Shown here in pieces: positions 1 to 11,951 of a DNA stretch of 64,000 nt. This stretch comes from Antedon mediterranea. Lineage: Eukaryota; Animalia; Echinodermata. The DNA lies in the NCBI RefSeq assembly GCF_964355755.1, contig NC_092676.1:25314871-25378870 (forward strand), written 5' to 3'. The notes under the pieces were generated by a model. That model searched no databases. It had not been told where the DNA came from and saw only the letters and a list, made by a program, of their open reading frames with translations. The position numbers and the translations under genes are program-made. Numbering within the stretch: position 1 is the first letter of the stretch; the number at the start of each line of letters is the position of its first letter.

Positions 1-135
1 ATAGCCCGTGCTCTCCAGAGGGAGGGCTTAGATACGAAAGTGAAAAGTTCCTAGAACACCCCTGCATTATAATGGACCCGTCCGCAACCACGCCCTCATG
101 TGGGAACGTACCAACGTACCACCGTCATCATTTTC
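1..135 (+). repeat. DIRS left inverted terminal repeat (partial, truncated by window start)
   Basis: Exact reverse complement of 4902-5036 by manual comparison (135/135). Confidence 0.95.
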
Positions 136-549
136 TTTCGTAACGTGAGAGCGTTACGTCGTATGATACCAAGTGTTAGGATTGTACACTGTACATACTA
201 TACAAAGAGTTCTATTACGCTGATTACTAGTTGACTTGGCCAGGATATTGAGTGTATTCCCACGGCCTGTTGCAGTACCAGCAGTTGATATTGTTCGTAT
301 ATCGTTGATCCGTTTTAAGTCGGGGTCTTCCTTAGATATAAGGAAGATTAAAAAGGAGAAAACAACACCCACTTCGTTGGATTTTAGGCCGGAACGGCCA
401 CGCTACCGGAAGACAAAGGGAAAGCAATTTGCATTGCCACCTGGACTGCCTCAGCTGAGGCGTGGACGCACTGTTGCGTGAAACAACAACAAAGCCGTCG
501 TCAGGTTGTATTGTTCTTTATCTTGCTAGGTTGCGTTCTGTGCCCGGAT

Positions 550-1842
550 ATGCCTAAGTCTGAATGTTGGCAATGCAGGGGCCAGCGTGCGACAGTCGAG
601 TGGGACCGCCACTTGCTGTGCATTCACTGCCGCACCTGTAGCCAGGACCGCGCGCTTGCAACGGCCGCTGCGCCTCCACCGCAGAGTGGTACGCAGGACG
701 ATGGTTTGTTCCCACCCGTACTGGAGGCCATCGCAGCAGCGGTGCGAGCTCTACCGAGGGAGGTTGTGCCCTCGGCATCCTCGCTTAATTATCCTCCTGT
801 GCCAGTTCTGCCTCCGCAGTACTTTCAAGGTCGAGGGACGCACCCATCGCCGGATGTCGGTGGGTACGACAGTGACAGGACCATGACCTCGCTGCCTAGT
901 GAGGATCGCTCCGAGGTTGCACAGGGTGGAGACGGTTTGCAGGCTCTTGTCAATCGTGTGGTTCCTGCTGTACTTTCGTACATTTGAGTAGAGTACGCCT
1001 ATGACGCGCCGACGCCCGCGCCGGCTTCGAAGAGGTACTCTACCTTTGGAGTGCGTGCTCCATTGAAGCGGGTCACGACTTGTCCAGTTGCGCCGCTGGA
1101 TCCCGAACTTGTCGCTAGGGTAGAGGCTATAGCGAAGGAGCCTAAAACCCGTAGAGCTGCATCTCAAGATCTCGCAGCAGCCTTCCCGCTTCCGCAGGAC
1201 CAGTTTTCAACGCTATATATCGGCACCACCGATCCCGGATGCAGCGAAAGAAGCGTGCGCGCGAGGATCAAGGTCTCGACGCCAACGGCAGATTTCTGTC
1301 TCCTTCGGCCGCCAGAACTGAGGAGGCGCTAATCGCGGTCGACCGTGGCGCACGCGAGACGTTACGAACGGTCTCGATGTCGGGCTACCTTCTGTCATTC
1401 CTCGCGGATCCGGACCATCCACGGCACCTTGACGCGGACGTGATCTGCTTGCTTCAGCAGTTTACGGGCCTGGTCGCGGACCAACAAGTGACAATTTCAA
1501 TGACCTCAGCCGCCGTGCGGAGGGTCAATTGACCGCATCACAACTAGCGAGTCGTTCGGTGCTGTGGATCTCTTCTACGGTAATTTCGCCGAGAAGAAAA
1601 ATAAGTGGGCTCGCGAGCGAGAGGCACGTCGCGAGACGAGATCACGCAAAACGCCTCCAGCCCCACTGCCGGTGGTGCCATCGATCTCACAACCGCCGCC
1701 GTCGGTCCGTAATCAGTCTGAGGTTGGGCAGACTCCTGGGCCGTCGCGACCCCGTAATTCCCGCCCCGCGCGTGGCGGTAAGCCGGGTAGGGGAGCACGT
1801 CGGGACCGCGGTTCGCGACGTGGTGACCGCAGGTGCCGGTAA
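550..1842 (+). pseudogene. DIRS gag-like ORF1, fragmented by frameshifts and deletions
   Basis: Starts MPKSECWQC...DRHLLCIHCRTC (Cys/His knuckle typical of DIRS gag N-termini). Continues through pieces 1051-1332, 1239-1532 and 1564-1842, ending in an Arg/Gly-rich tail. Confidence 0.7.
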
Positions 1843-1879
1843 CGTGCAGGCGAGGTCCGTGCCGTCCGGGGCCGGACCA

Positions 1880-2820
1880 GTGGGAGGTCGTCTCCTACGG
1901 TTCGTCCGAGAGTGGGAGTAGCTGATGGTAGACAGCTGGATTCTCTCCACACTTAGCTACGGCTACCGCATAGAATTTACGAGCCCTCCAGTGTGTGGAG
2001 GTCCTCGTCCGACCACAATCCCCAAAGATCCAATAAAGCAACGAGTGCTTATGGACGGGATTGCCGCGCTGCTCCAAAGAGGAGCCGTAGTAAGGGTCGA
2101 AGAACATCATGCGGGCTCGGGCCACGAATCAACCGTATTCTTAACCAAGAAGTCCTCGGGGGACTGGCGACCAATTATAAATCTAAGACGTCTGAACAAA
2201 CGATTTATTCGGCCCCGCAGGTTTCGGATGGAGACAGTCTCATCGATCCTGTTAGGGCTAAGACGAGGAGACTGGGCCGCATCGACAGATTTAAAAGATG
2301 TGTACTTTCACGTACCAATCGCAAAAGAAGACCAACGTTGGTTGCGGTTTCGAATCAACAATTGTCTTCACCAGTTCGTCGCGATGTCGTTCGGCCTATC
2401 AACGGCTCCGCGCGTGTTCACGCGCACAGTTCGAGCGCTCGGTGCGTTCTTTCACAAGCACGGCATTCGCATATTCATGTATCTAGACGACTGGTTAATC
2501 GTGGCTCAGTCCAAGGACCGGCTGGTGAGCAGTCTCAATTGCGTCCTTCTCGTAACGGAACGCGTAGGGTTCATAGTGAACCGGGAAAAGTCGTGCCTGG
2601 TGCCGACTCAGCATCCCATGTATCTCGGAGCGCAGATAGATCTCGTGTCGGGCAGAGTGTGCCCCTCACAGAAACGAGTAACCTAAGCCCTTGCTGCTAT
2701 ACAAGGCCTGATTACCGCTTCCGCTCCGACAGCATACGACTGGCTGAGAACGCTAGGTTTCCTAGCCAGCTTTGTAGTTCTAGTTCCGTTTTGTCGGCTA
2801 CGGATGCAGCCGCTGTAGTT
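1880..2820 (+). pseudogene. DIRS reverse transcriptase region (in-frame stops near 1918 and 2684)
   Basis: PVGGRL..F..W, GYRIEF, WRPIINLRRLN, FRMET, DLKDVYFH, FGLSTAPRVFT, MYLDDWL, YLG motifs. Confidence 0.93.
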
Positions 2821-2864
2821 CATCTGTTAGCCTTCTACCGGCCAGGTTCAGACTCATTAGACAA

Positions 2865-3310
2865 GTGGTCCCGATGTCGGCGTTCATTGTAACGCACCTC
2901 CAATGGTGGCTAACGGACGGCCGATTGTTAGTGGGGAGATCAATTCAGAGATCAATTCCGGACACCCGAATAGAAACGGACGCGTCCGAAGCGGGTTGGG
3001 GCGGTTGCTCCAACCAGAGTCACGTCTCCGGCGTTTGGAGTGCCGAGGAGGCGTTAGCCCACATCAATCTCTTAGAACTTTGGGCAGTAGACCGAACGTT
3101 GAAAGCGCTACTTCCAAACATAAAAAATTCACACGTCCATGTCTGCTTGGACAACACGACCGTGGTCGCGTACATCAACCGACAAGGAGGCACGGAGTCT
3201 CCGACTCTTTGCTACCACACATGGACGCTCATGCACTGGTGCATCGCGCACAGAATAACGCTGACTGCATCGCATATTCCGGGCAGCCAGAATGAGTCGC
3301 GGACACGCTG
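2865..3310 (+). pseudogene. DIRS RNase H region
   Basis: ETDASEAGWG, HINLLELWAV, DNTTVVAYINRQGGT, HIPGSQN motifs; frameshifted relative to RT. Confidence 0.9.
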
Positions 3311-3339
3311 TCCCGACTCGCTTTACGCCCGACCGAATG

Positions 3340-3760
3340 GCGTCTGTTGCCGAGCATAGCCACTCAAATATTCGACCACTTCGGACGGCCGCACATAGAT
3401 AGACCTGTTTGCGACGTCAGAGAACACGCAGCTCCCGACATTCTGCAGTCGATTCCGGGATGCACGTGCGTGGGCGGTGGATGCCCTGTCCATGTCATGG
3501 GACGGTTTATGGGCGTACGCGTTCCCGCCGATATCGATCATACCAATAGTTCTGACTCACATTCAGCGCTTCCGATGCCGAGTTCTGTTGATCGCACCGT
3601 TCTGGCCTCGTCAAGCGTGGTATCCGCTTCTTGCCAGTCTTCTTTACGATCACCCGCTGCGTCTTCCGGTCCGCGCGGATCTACTGACGCAAAATCGTGC
3701 GAGGTTCTCGACGATCAACCTACAATCCCTGAACCTGACTGTTTGGCCATGGTCAGGGAT
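3340..3760 (+). pseudogene. DIRS DNA adenine-methyltransferase-like domain
   Basis: IDLFAT (about 3398-3415), then DALSMSWDGLWAYAFPP and LIAPFWPRQAWYP, matching the MT-like domain that follows RNase H in DIRS elements. Confidence 0.8.
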
Positions 3761-4650
3761 CAGCTCAGAGACTCGGGCATATCATCTGGAAGAGAGTCGA
3801 CTCTCACTGTCTACAACAGCCGTCTACGACACTTCTTTCGCTGGTGCGGACAAGATAACATAGACCATAAGGCGATATCCTTGGGTCAGATCTGCGCTTT
3901 TCTGCATTACCTGTACGAATCAGGCTTGCAAGTGCGCACGGTGTCAGGCTACCGGTCAGCGATTGCGGCCATTACGCCGCCATTCAAGGATGGCTCGACG
4001 GTTTTCAACTTCCGCAGTAATCACGCAGTTGTTACGCGGTATGTTCAGAGAGCGACCTCCGTCTAAGGTCTTAGTTCCACGTTGGGACGTTAACGTCATT
4101 CTATCCGCACTCACTCGCCCGCCATTTGAGCCAATGAGCAAGGCTTCATTACATAATCTCTCGCTTAAGACAGCGTTTCTGGTGGCGTTGTCCTCATGTA
4201 AACGCTGAGGCGAGCTACATGCGCTCACGCTAGAGCCAGGCCATATACGATTTGAGCGTGGTGGAGTCCGGTTATTATTCAGGAAGGACTTTCTGGCCAA
4301 GTCCCAGACGTTAAATTTTTCGCCGGCTGTGTTCGTTCCATCAATGTCCGCATTCTCGGGGGTAGTAGAGGACACATCCTGGTGCCCGGTAAGAGCACTC
4401 AAATTCTACATCCACCGTACAGAGACGTTGCGAGAGGGTATATCTCACTTATTCGTCACATCGGTGCCCCCGTATCGGCCGGCCGCAAAATCCACGATTG
4501 CAACTGGGTCGTGGCAGCGACTCGGGCCGCTTATGAATCGTCCAGCACTTCGCGTTGTACGCTGGCGGTTCTATATCAGACATTATGACAGCGGCATGGT
4601 GGCGGACACATTCTACGTTTACTGAGCATTATTTAAGGGACATTTCTGCA
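3748..4650 (+). pseudogene. DIRS tyrosine recombinase, disrupted
   Basis: ESTLTVYNSRLRHFFRWC, TVSGYRSAI, PRWDVNVIL, KTAFLVALSSCKR*GELHAL (stop 4206-4208), CPVRAL and AAWWRTHSTFTEHYLRDI (catalytic Tyr). The HxxR segment appears deleted near 4545. Confidence 0.9.
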
Positions 4651-4770
4651 ACCATGGCGCCAGTAGCAGCAGCGGTGCTAAAGCCTAGGTTATAGGTATG
4701 TACACCTCACTTGCTCTGCTCTTTGTTAACTTACTCCCACCGCCGACTAGTTCTAGTCCGGTGCTAATCT

Positions 4771-4869
4771 GGCTATTGTCGGTTTATACAGGTAAGCTAG
4801 GCACGATATAGACTACACAAACCAGTAGTGGTGTTAGTAGTCTATGAGTGCTAGCTTACCTGTATAAAC
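4771..4869 (+). repeat. DIRS internal complementary region (ICR)
   Basis: 4814-4869 is the reverse complement of the element's right end 5042-5097. 4771-4800 equals 5031-5060 and continues into sequence predicted to be complementary to the left end. Confidence 0.9.
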
Positions 4870-4901
4870 TCCCTCCCGCCGTCCCCGCAGTCAAGTACGC
4901 G

Positions 4902-5097
4902 GAAAATGATGACGGTGGTACGTTGGTACGTTCCCACATGAGGGCGTGGTTGCGGACGGGTCCATTATAATGCAGGGGTGTTCTAGGAACTTTTCACTTT
5001 CGTATCTAAGCCCTCCCTCTGGAGAGCACGGGCTATTGTCGGTTTATACAGGTAAGCTAGCACTCATAGACTACTAACACCACTACTGGTTTGTGTA
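4902..5097 (+). repeat. DIRS right inverted terminal repeat plus right-end extension
   Basis: 4902-5036 is the inverted copy of 1-135; 5042-5097 pairs with the ICR; AT-rich host DNA begins at 5098. Confidence 0.92.
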
Positions 5098-6499
5098 ATT
5101 AAACTTTGTACAGACCTTTCGTTCTAGTACAAAAGTCAGGCATATTTTTTTGGGTATATTGTCAAGCAATTATGATTATTATTAAAGGCCTTCAAGATGA
5201 TGATATTAATTATTTGGCCTAAACAAATGTATGTTGTCCAAGCATAGCATATTTTTTTCTCTCTTCATTTTATCTGATAGTGGCATAAATAATTACGGTA
5301 TGTAGTCTTGCTACAAAAAAAAAAACCTAAAAAAAGACCTATATAAGTGCATGGAAAATGCACTCATGCATGCAATTTCTACTAAAAATCGTAATGCTCA
5401 ATTACAAAAAAAGGCCACAGATTTTATCAAATTAGGTCGATCGATCACTTCTCCCCTATTGTACTAGTACATGATTGATATTGAATACCAAATTTAATGT
5501 TGTGTTTCTATAGGAGTATTTCCTTGAAAAACAATGTTATTCAAGGAAATACTATACTACTGTATACTATATTACTATGTTATTAATATATTTAACTTTT
5601 AATTGTATTACATCACATCATGTCACATACCTCGTTTCATGTATGTGTACTTAATATAATTTAATGTTATTAAAGATAGGTCATAATATTTGCTAATATT
5701 ATGAGTGAGTGACACTATTTAAGGAAGCCATTAAATGTTATTATGAATAATTTAACAAGTTTGATGGTATAGGCATGCCAATGCTTTTAGTAGTATAACT
5801 GACAAATATATTGTCTTTATAAATTCATTTGAAGCCTCCACACCTTGGATTAACCATAATTTAAATATGCTTCCTGTTCCGTATTAAACATACAGAACAA
5901 CTCAACTGCTTGAAGAAGTTAATAAACAATGGAATCTATCAGGTGAAGGAAACAAAATTTGAATCAGCGGTATTCGTCCATCAAATCCAATTTGCAAATA
6001 TTTTATCGTCAATTTGTATTTTTAAAATAAATTTTTCTGAATTGTCTACGATTTAAAAATAACCGTTGAAGCTTGTTGAGTTTTAAATGGTGTGACTCTT
6101 TTCCTGTATTTCTCAATCAGAATGTGTTATATACAAGAAGTGTCTATAAACGTTGTTTGAACCGATTCTGTCAGTGTTTTTATTATTGTTCCAATGTTTT
6201 TGTCTACTTTTGAACTATTTATCGTGATTGTACATTTGTTGTTTTTTGCGTCCAAAATGGTAAAGCCACGTTATAATAAGAAGTAAGTATGAATATTTTG
6301 TCGGTTTTTTTTTTCAAATTCAAGTACTGTAGGCTGTACTGTATTATCCGTCTTTATATTTTCATTTCCTGTCTTTCAACAATACCTGGATATTACACGG
6401 AACTCCTATATCAGTTAATATACAAAGCTCAACAATGTCAACAAATTAAACACTGCTCTTCTGTTGCCTTATTTTAAAAATTGCTCAAAACTCATTTTT

Positions 6500-6569
6500 T
6501 CGACCACTAACATGCCCAGCGCCTTTGATTTTGTATCTCGGTCTTTGAATTGACGCTTTATAAATTTTG

Positions 6570-6601
<32 letters not shown>

Positions 6602-6610
6602 TAATCATAA
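6500..6610 (+). mobile_element. Probable LINE/SINE 3' end with (AAT)n tail
   Basis: agcgcctttg...gacgctttataaat followed by an (aat)n run, a pattern typical of L2/CR1-type tails. Confidence 0.45.
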
Positions 6611-7731
6611 ATGACAATAGTTGTCTGGTAAATGACAGTTGACCCCAATCGCTAAAAAATTATTTGTGACAATAGATTTTGTGATCTTCAGTACAAAAAC
6701 TAGGAAAATGAAGAAAGCAAAAAATAGTTGTCAACTCACAGTAAAAAGTATTTTAACATTACCTTTTGCAACTTAATGTATTTTTCTTTATTGTTCTTAT
6801 TGTCTTAATTATGCCAAGCAAAACTAATTTCCATTTCAAAGTGGACTAATAAAATGTCTTGAATCTTGAAATATTTTATTATTCTCCCAAGAATAATAAT
6901 AATATCATAATAATTTCATTTAATATATTGTAGCTTCTACTATAAGTTGTATTGTAGGCTATAGAGTTGTATAGAAGTTTGTTTTCAATATACAGTACTA
7001 ATAGAGGCAGCAGCTTTCCATCACCAGCTGTGCCCCTCATGATTACCCTTTAAATAAAGAATACGATATGGCGTAATAAACATGTTTCAACCTATACTTT
7101 CTAAGCCGGTAAAGGTAGTATAATTAATGGTACACCCACTAACAGAAATATAATTACCTACTTTGTACTAGATAATTGCTAGTTATAGTTATACAGTATA
7201 GTAGTATAGCTTGTTAAGTAGAATGGTTATCGATTTGCATTACTATGCATGTAGAATTTATTTATTATGAATTGTGGAACTTAAATCTATACATTTTTAT
7301 ATTTCGTGGCCAAAGCGACGATAGCCTGTTCTCTGCGAAAATCGCCTGTTCTCCGCGAAAATCAAGATATAAATCGAAAAGTAGAGAATTCATTGAAATC
7401 GCCCCCCCCCCCCTCCCCCTTTCAATAGATAGTACAGTCCATGAACCACGGCCTCAAGTGGGAACATCCCCACAGTGGTCTATTGGTAAGGCGTTAGTCT
7501 ACCGCTAAAAGAGAACGGTTCATGTTTGAACGCTCTTCCATCAAACTTAAAATTAATTACCTTCAAATCTCATATTAAAAAACATTTTGAACGCAATATT
7601 TTATATTTATAATAATTTTGATAACTATAATGGTCTTGATAACGTGCAATTTTTCTCATTACTTGTTTGCTTTCTCTTTTAATTTTTCTGTTTTACTGGG
7701 CTTTATTTTAATGTATATATATATATATATA

Positions 7732-7928
7732 TTTTTTATGACGTTATCCAAATTCCTTCACTTGCACTGATGAAGGGCTAGTGTTGCCCGAAAGCTCTGC
7801 TAACTTTTCTGGCTGTTTACTTTATCGTTTTGATTTAGCTTTTCGCTTTTTATTTTTGTATCTCCATTGAGATCCAGCCACTGATACCCACAGCATTGTC
7901 ATTTTTTTCAGTAATTTGCCTTTGGATT
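7732..7928 (+). mobile_element. Penelope-like element pseudo-LTR fragment flanked by (TA)n
   Basis: Contains a minimal hammerhead motif; bounded by (TA)n at 7713-7731 and 7929-7937. Confidence 0.55.
7762..7802 (+). ncRNA. Minimal type I hammerhead ribozyme motif (Penelope-type)
   Basis: GCA-CTGATGA-A-GGGC(TAGTGTT)GCCC-GAAA-GC-TC-TGC: conserved core boxes, 4-bp stem II, palindromic AGCT in place of stem III, 3-bp stem I. Confidence 0.65.
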
Positions 7929-8915
7929 TATATATATTTTTTATAAATGTTGTATTTTCTCTTGTTTGTTATGTGCAATTTGGACCCCATTTGAAATGGG
8001 CTGGTTTTTCCGGCCTAATGGGTGTTCCTGATGCTCGTTATTTTGTCTTTTGTCTGTTTGTTATTTTAATGTTGAGCATCAAATAAATTCAATCAATCAA
8101 TCAATCTAATAGTAATATGATCATTTTTTTACGCATACAGTAGCAGATATTGCACATTAATAACATTTAACAATAAAGGAAATTAATACTTTTATTTTAA
8201 TCTAGAAAAATATAAAGACATTGTTTTTCAGTAGTAGAAATTATGTCTACACTCAAGACTAAAGAAATATTACGAATCTTATTTGAATATTAATATTGCA
8301 CAACATAACAGTACATCTTTCACAAAATGTCAATTTCTGTAATAAATTACTCTTTTGTTATTCGTACACACTGTACTATGGATTTTAGTATTCATAATGT
8401 CCACACTATAGGCTTTATGATAGCTGTGAAACATCACATTCTCAGCTGTTTGATATGGTATTAACCGTGTTGGTTGTTTTGTTTTTGTAATTCGTTCAAG
8501 TGCTATTGTCTAACTCTGGGCGTTTGATTATTCAATTGCTAGAACAATGGACTTAAAATGTGTGTATTTTTATGGTGACTTCATTCATTGATGGAACAAT
8601 CTTATTTTGTGAAAGTGACTTCATTAAAACAATTGAGAACACAATGAAATAAAATTGGAAATTGTTTGCAGGTTGTTTAATAAATGAGGCAGCGGTTATA
8701 CTTTAAGTCTGATGAATGAAAAACATCTTGAATGAAATTAAGCATAGAGTATACAATAGAAGGAATACACATACACATCGCTGATCCACCTCAGATCAAT
8801 AACACAGTGTACAAAGGATACAGGTTATTAATTACTATGGTAATGCTTATTAGTTTTTATATGTGAATCATAATAATCATTGATCCGATATTACACTACA
8901 TATTTTATGTACTAT

Positions 8916-9325
8916 ACTTTACTACAGTCTATGAATTTCACAAAAAAGGGTCGGCAAAATGATGCATTTCTTAAATTCATTGGCAGACAGGCAACAAAGC
9001 ATCCAGTACTGTACCTCTTAAGATAATCAAGAAAATTGGTATACAAACCCAAAACTTTACTACAGTCTATGAATTTTAGAAAAAAAACTTCGGCAAAAAA
9101 ATGATGCTCTTAAATTCATCGGCAGCATAGGCAACAAAGAGTCTAGTAGTGTATCTTTTTAACATCTATAAGGAGTACCATAATCAAGAAAATTTGTATA
9201 CACACACCCACAACTTTACTATAGTCTACAGTATGAATTTTGGTCGGCAAAATTATACATAAAAATTCTTAAATTCATTGGCAGTATAGGCAACAAAGTG
9301 TCTAATACAGTACCTCTTATTAACA
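8916..9325. repeat. Diverged tandem triplication, unit about 140-160 bp
   Basis: actttacta(c/t)agtcta...tgaattt...cggcaaaa...cttaaattcat(t/c)ggcag...ggcaacaaag recurs at about 8916, 9054 and 9213. Confidence 0.8.
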
Positions 9326-10556
9326 TTTTTAAAGGGGCTTCAGTAATCGTCAGCAAGAAAATTTGGGGTAAATGAAATTTGTGGGCTGTTTATAATCATA
9401 CAGAACTATCCCCGTGTTTAATCCACCATTTCACAACTGTATAGATTATTATTTAGATTTGTATTGGAAATGTCAAGATTTAATTCCTCCATGACTGAAT
9501 CTATCGTCTAGCGTGTAGTTGACAATTTTTCTTGTAAAATTGCGACCTTGTGTACGTGTTACTGTAGGATAAGGAATGATCAAGTCAATCAAGTATCATC
9601 TCATAAAACAATATTACAATATTCCTTGGGCACTGAGGTTTTTTGAAAAATAAAAAATGAAAACATTTTTTATTTTACAATGTTGGTTTTAAAAGGATAT
9701 TCATAATAAAACATTTTGTAAGAAGACAATGCATCGACTGTGTACAGTAAATTTTTGTCAATTATTCTTGATTTTTAAATGATTTTGTTTCTTATAAAAC
9801 GCCATGAAACTAATTGAAATATTTTAAAATATTTTGTGTGTAAACTTTATGTACAATAATTATTTCTTGGTTTATTTATTATTGATTATTGTAAATGGCT
9901 AGAGATTACGATGATTTTAATATAATTAATATTTAATGGATGGATTATAATTATATTTCATTTTTACCGCACATGTTTCAAACAAAACATGATCGTGAGA
10001 GTTTAGAATTTTAATCAAAGGTATCCGTCAGCGTACCCGAGTGTTTGTAGTTCACGAGTCTTGAGAAGGAGCTACGGTATTAGCGAAGAAGGAGCTTTGT
10101 GTTTTTCCATTAACGATCGTGTTGGATTCATAGTTGCCATGAACTACACGAATAGATATGTCATGCTCTGTTGTATGATTTGCACGTAAATTACTATATT
10201 AGAAGACTTCAACAATGCACGTTCGGCAATGATTTTACGGATGAAATTAAAGGTTCCTGTTAAATTAAACATTCTATAGACATTGTTAGGAATTGAAGAC
10301 ATAATGTACATATTAACAATACAATACACTATTACAATAAAAGACTATTTTGTTTTTAAATCTTTTATTATTATTGCATTGCCTGCTGGAGCACCTGTTA
10401 AAAAATAAATGAAACTTGATATTAAATTCAAATTAAGAATTGAAACTGTTGGTTTATATTCAGTTGTGTTTGTTTCCTGATACTTACATACAGGAACTTA
10501 AAGACAATATTTAATGGTTCTATAGAATATTACTGTTAATATTTAAAATTATAAAT

Positions 10557-10745
10557 GGGTGAGTGGCCGAGCGGTTAAGACAGTGAAACAAGTGGTCCAG
10601 TGTACACATCTAGCTCATGTGCACTTTAAAGAACCTAGAGTACATCTTTTGGGACAAGTAGGGGGTTACCCCGATGTACTGGTACATCACAGTCTGAATG
10701 AACACCCAGTATGAATAAAATATTTCATACAAAAAATAAATATTT
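10557..10745 (+). mobile_element. tRNA-derived SINE with Deu-like core, internally deleted copy
   Basis: A-box TGGCCGAGCGG joined directly to ggtccagtgtacac...ctttaaagaacc...gtagggggttacccc, homologous to the fuller copy at 41830-42189. Confidence 0.65.
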
Positions 10746-11796
10746 CAATGATAAGAACATGTTTTCATTGAATAACACCCCTGTCCAAATAATGGTACAA
10801 TCCACCTCAGCAAGTTTGGACAGCTCAACAATGCCATAATTATTCCGACTAGAATTAAAATTGTCAATATACAAAAATTATATTATTTTACAGTTTATCT
10901 TTAAGCCTCACTTGACAATATTAATTATATTTATCTAGTAAACAAAAACTATTTATTCAGATTCTTAAAAGCTTGCTAGGAATTTCATTTTTCCCGCATG
11001 ATGCTGTGAGGGAGTAATCAAGGATTGTAGCTAATTCAACCACTAATCCTTCCCCTAATCCCTCGGATTTCACAGATTCGGTTTACAACCTGCTTGTGAT
11101 TTATTATTAAAGTTTTGAGATTTTTTTTAAAGCAATTACACTATTATCAATGATATGTAGCCTTGGGGTTGATGAGTCAAAACAAATGAGATAGATTACA
11201 ATAATATAGTACACAAAAAAAACACACAGATGAATTCAGAATCTATTTTCAATATTTGGCCTAATTTTTTTTTATTGTGGTGCAGACAAAAAATATTATT
11301 TTTATATTATACATTATTGATTAACAGTACAATGTCGACTTTGAAATTGTTCATTGGTAAAATTGCACACACCGTAGAGAAGACACATTTACAAAAAGAA
11401 ATGATTCAGTTCAACACCCCTATTGGATAATGGAACTGTCTGTGAACCACGCCTTTCTAATTAAAGGGCGGGGTATCTGTTGCAAAAACGACGTCTTCTT
11501 CCAATTAAAATTCTGTTCACAATGTAGCACAATTTCTGGGTGCAAAATTTAATTTGCAAGCAAATCTTCTGAGGACAAAAATTCACAAAGTACTCAGCAT
11601 TCCATTCTAAGCTAAGTAAACTGCTAAATGCAGATTTAATGAATAAACTAAGGTCTATTTGTGAACTACACAAGCTTAACATCCATTATGGGTCAAAGGG
11701 TAAATTATAAGTCGCTCCTTGAGTGTTCCATTGATTTTCCGGATCGTTAGATTTTCTCTCCTCCATGAACCCTATTGTCCTTTGAAAATTAGTCTA

Positions 11797-11951
11797 AAGC
11801 TCTGTCTACACTATCAAACTAGTTTGACAAAAAAAAGGTGTGACGTGCCCAAATATGGTAGTGATATGCCCAGATTTGGTAGTGATATGACATCATCATG
11901 TCTATATATGGGCACATCACATAAAGTCTGATGATAGTGTAGACAGAGCTT
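11797..11951. mobile_element. Hairpin MITE family A copy
   Basis: TIR AAGCTCTGTCTACACTATCA; internal inverted repeat gtgatgtgcccaaatatgg / ccatatatgggcacatcac (consensus). Confidence 0.85.

Larger units (their letters stand above)
1..5097 (+). mobile_element. DIRS1-like tyrosine-recombinase retrotransposon, coding-defective copy (left end just upstream of window)
   Basis: GC-rich island in AT-rich DNA. Domain order gag - RT (YLDD) - RNase H - MT-like - tyrosine recombinase. Inverted terminal repeats at 1-135 and 4902-5036; ICR at 4771-4869. Confidence 0.95.
7505..8106 (+). mobile_element. 5'-truncated CR1/L2-like LINE 3' end
   Basis: Remnant peptide LNALPSNLKLITFKSHIKKH (about 7527-7588) resembling a LINE ORF2 C-terminus, then a 3'UTR, AATAAA and a (TCAA)n tail at 8089-8106. 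Confidence 0.55.

Noticed and set aside
154-1950. Numerous short antisense and alternative-frame ORFs in the DIRS 5' half
   Set aside because: Expected in GC-rich sequence; no recognisable motifs.
5896-5948. Possible first coding exon ATG GAA TCT ATC AG|GTGAAG, phase-compatible with exon 17408
   Set aside because: Weak donor, no homology, and it would omit the conserved first WW domain; such matches are expected by chance.
8709-8730. Other CTGATGA occurrences (8709, 11973, 35396) as hammerheads
   Set aside because: No stem II followed by GAAA and a cleavage triplet.
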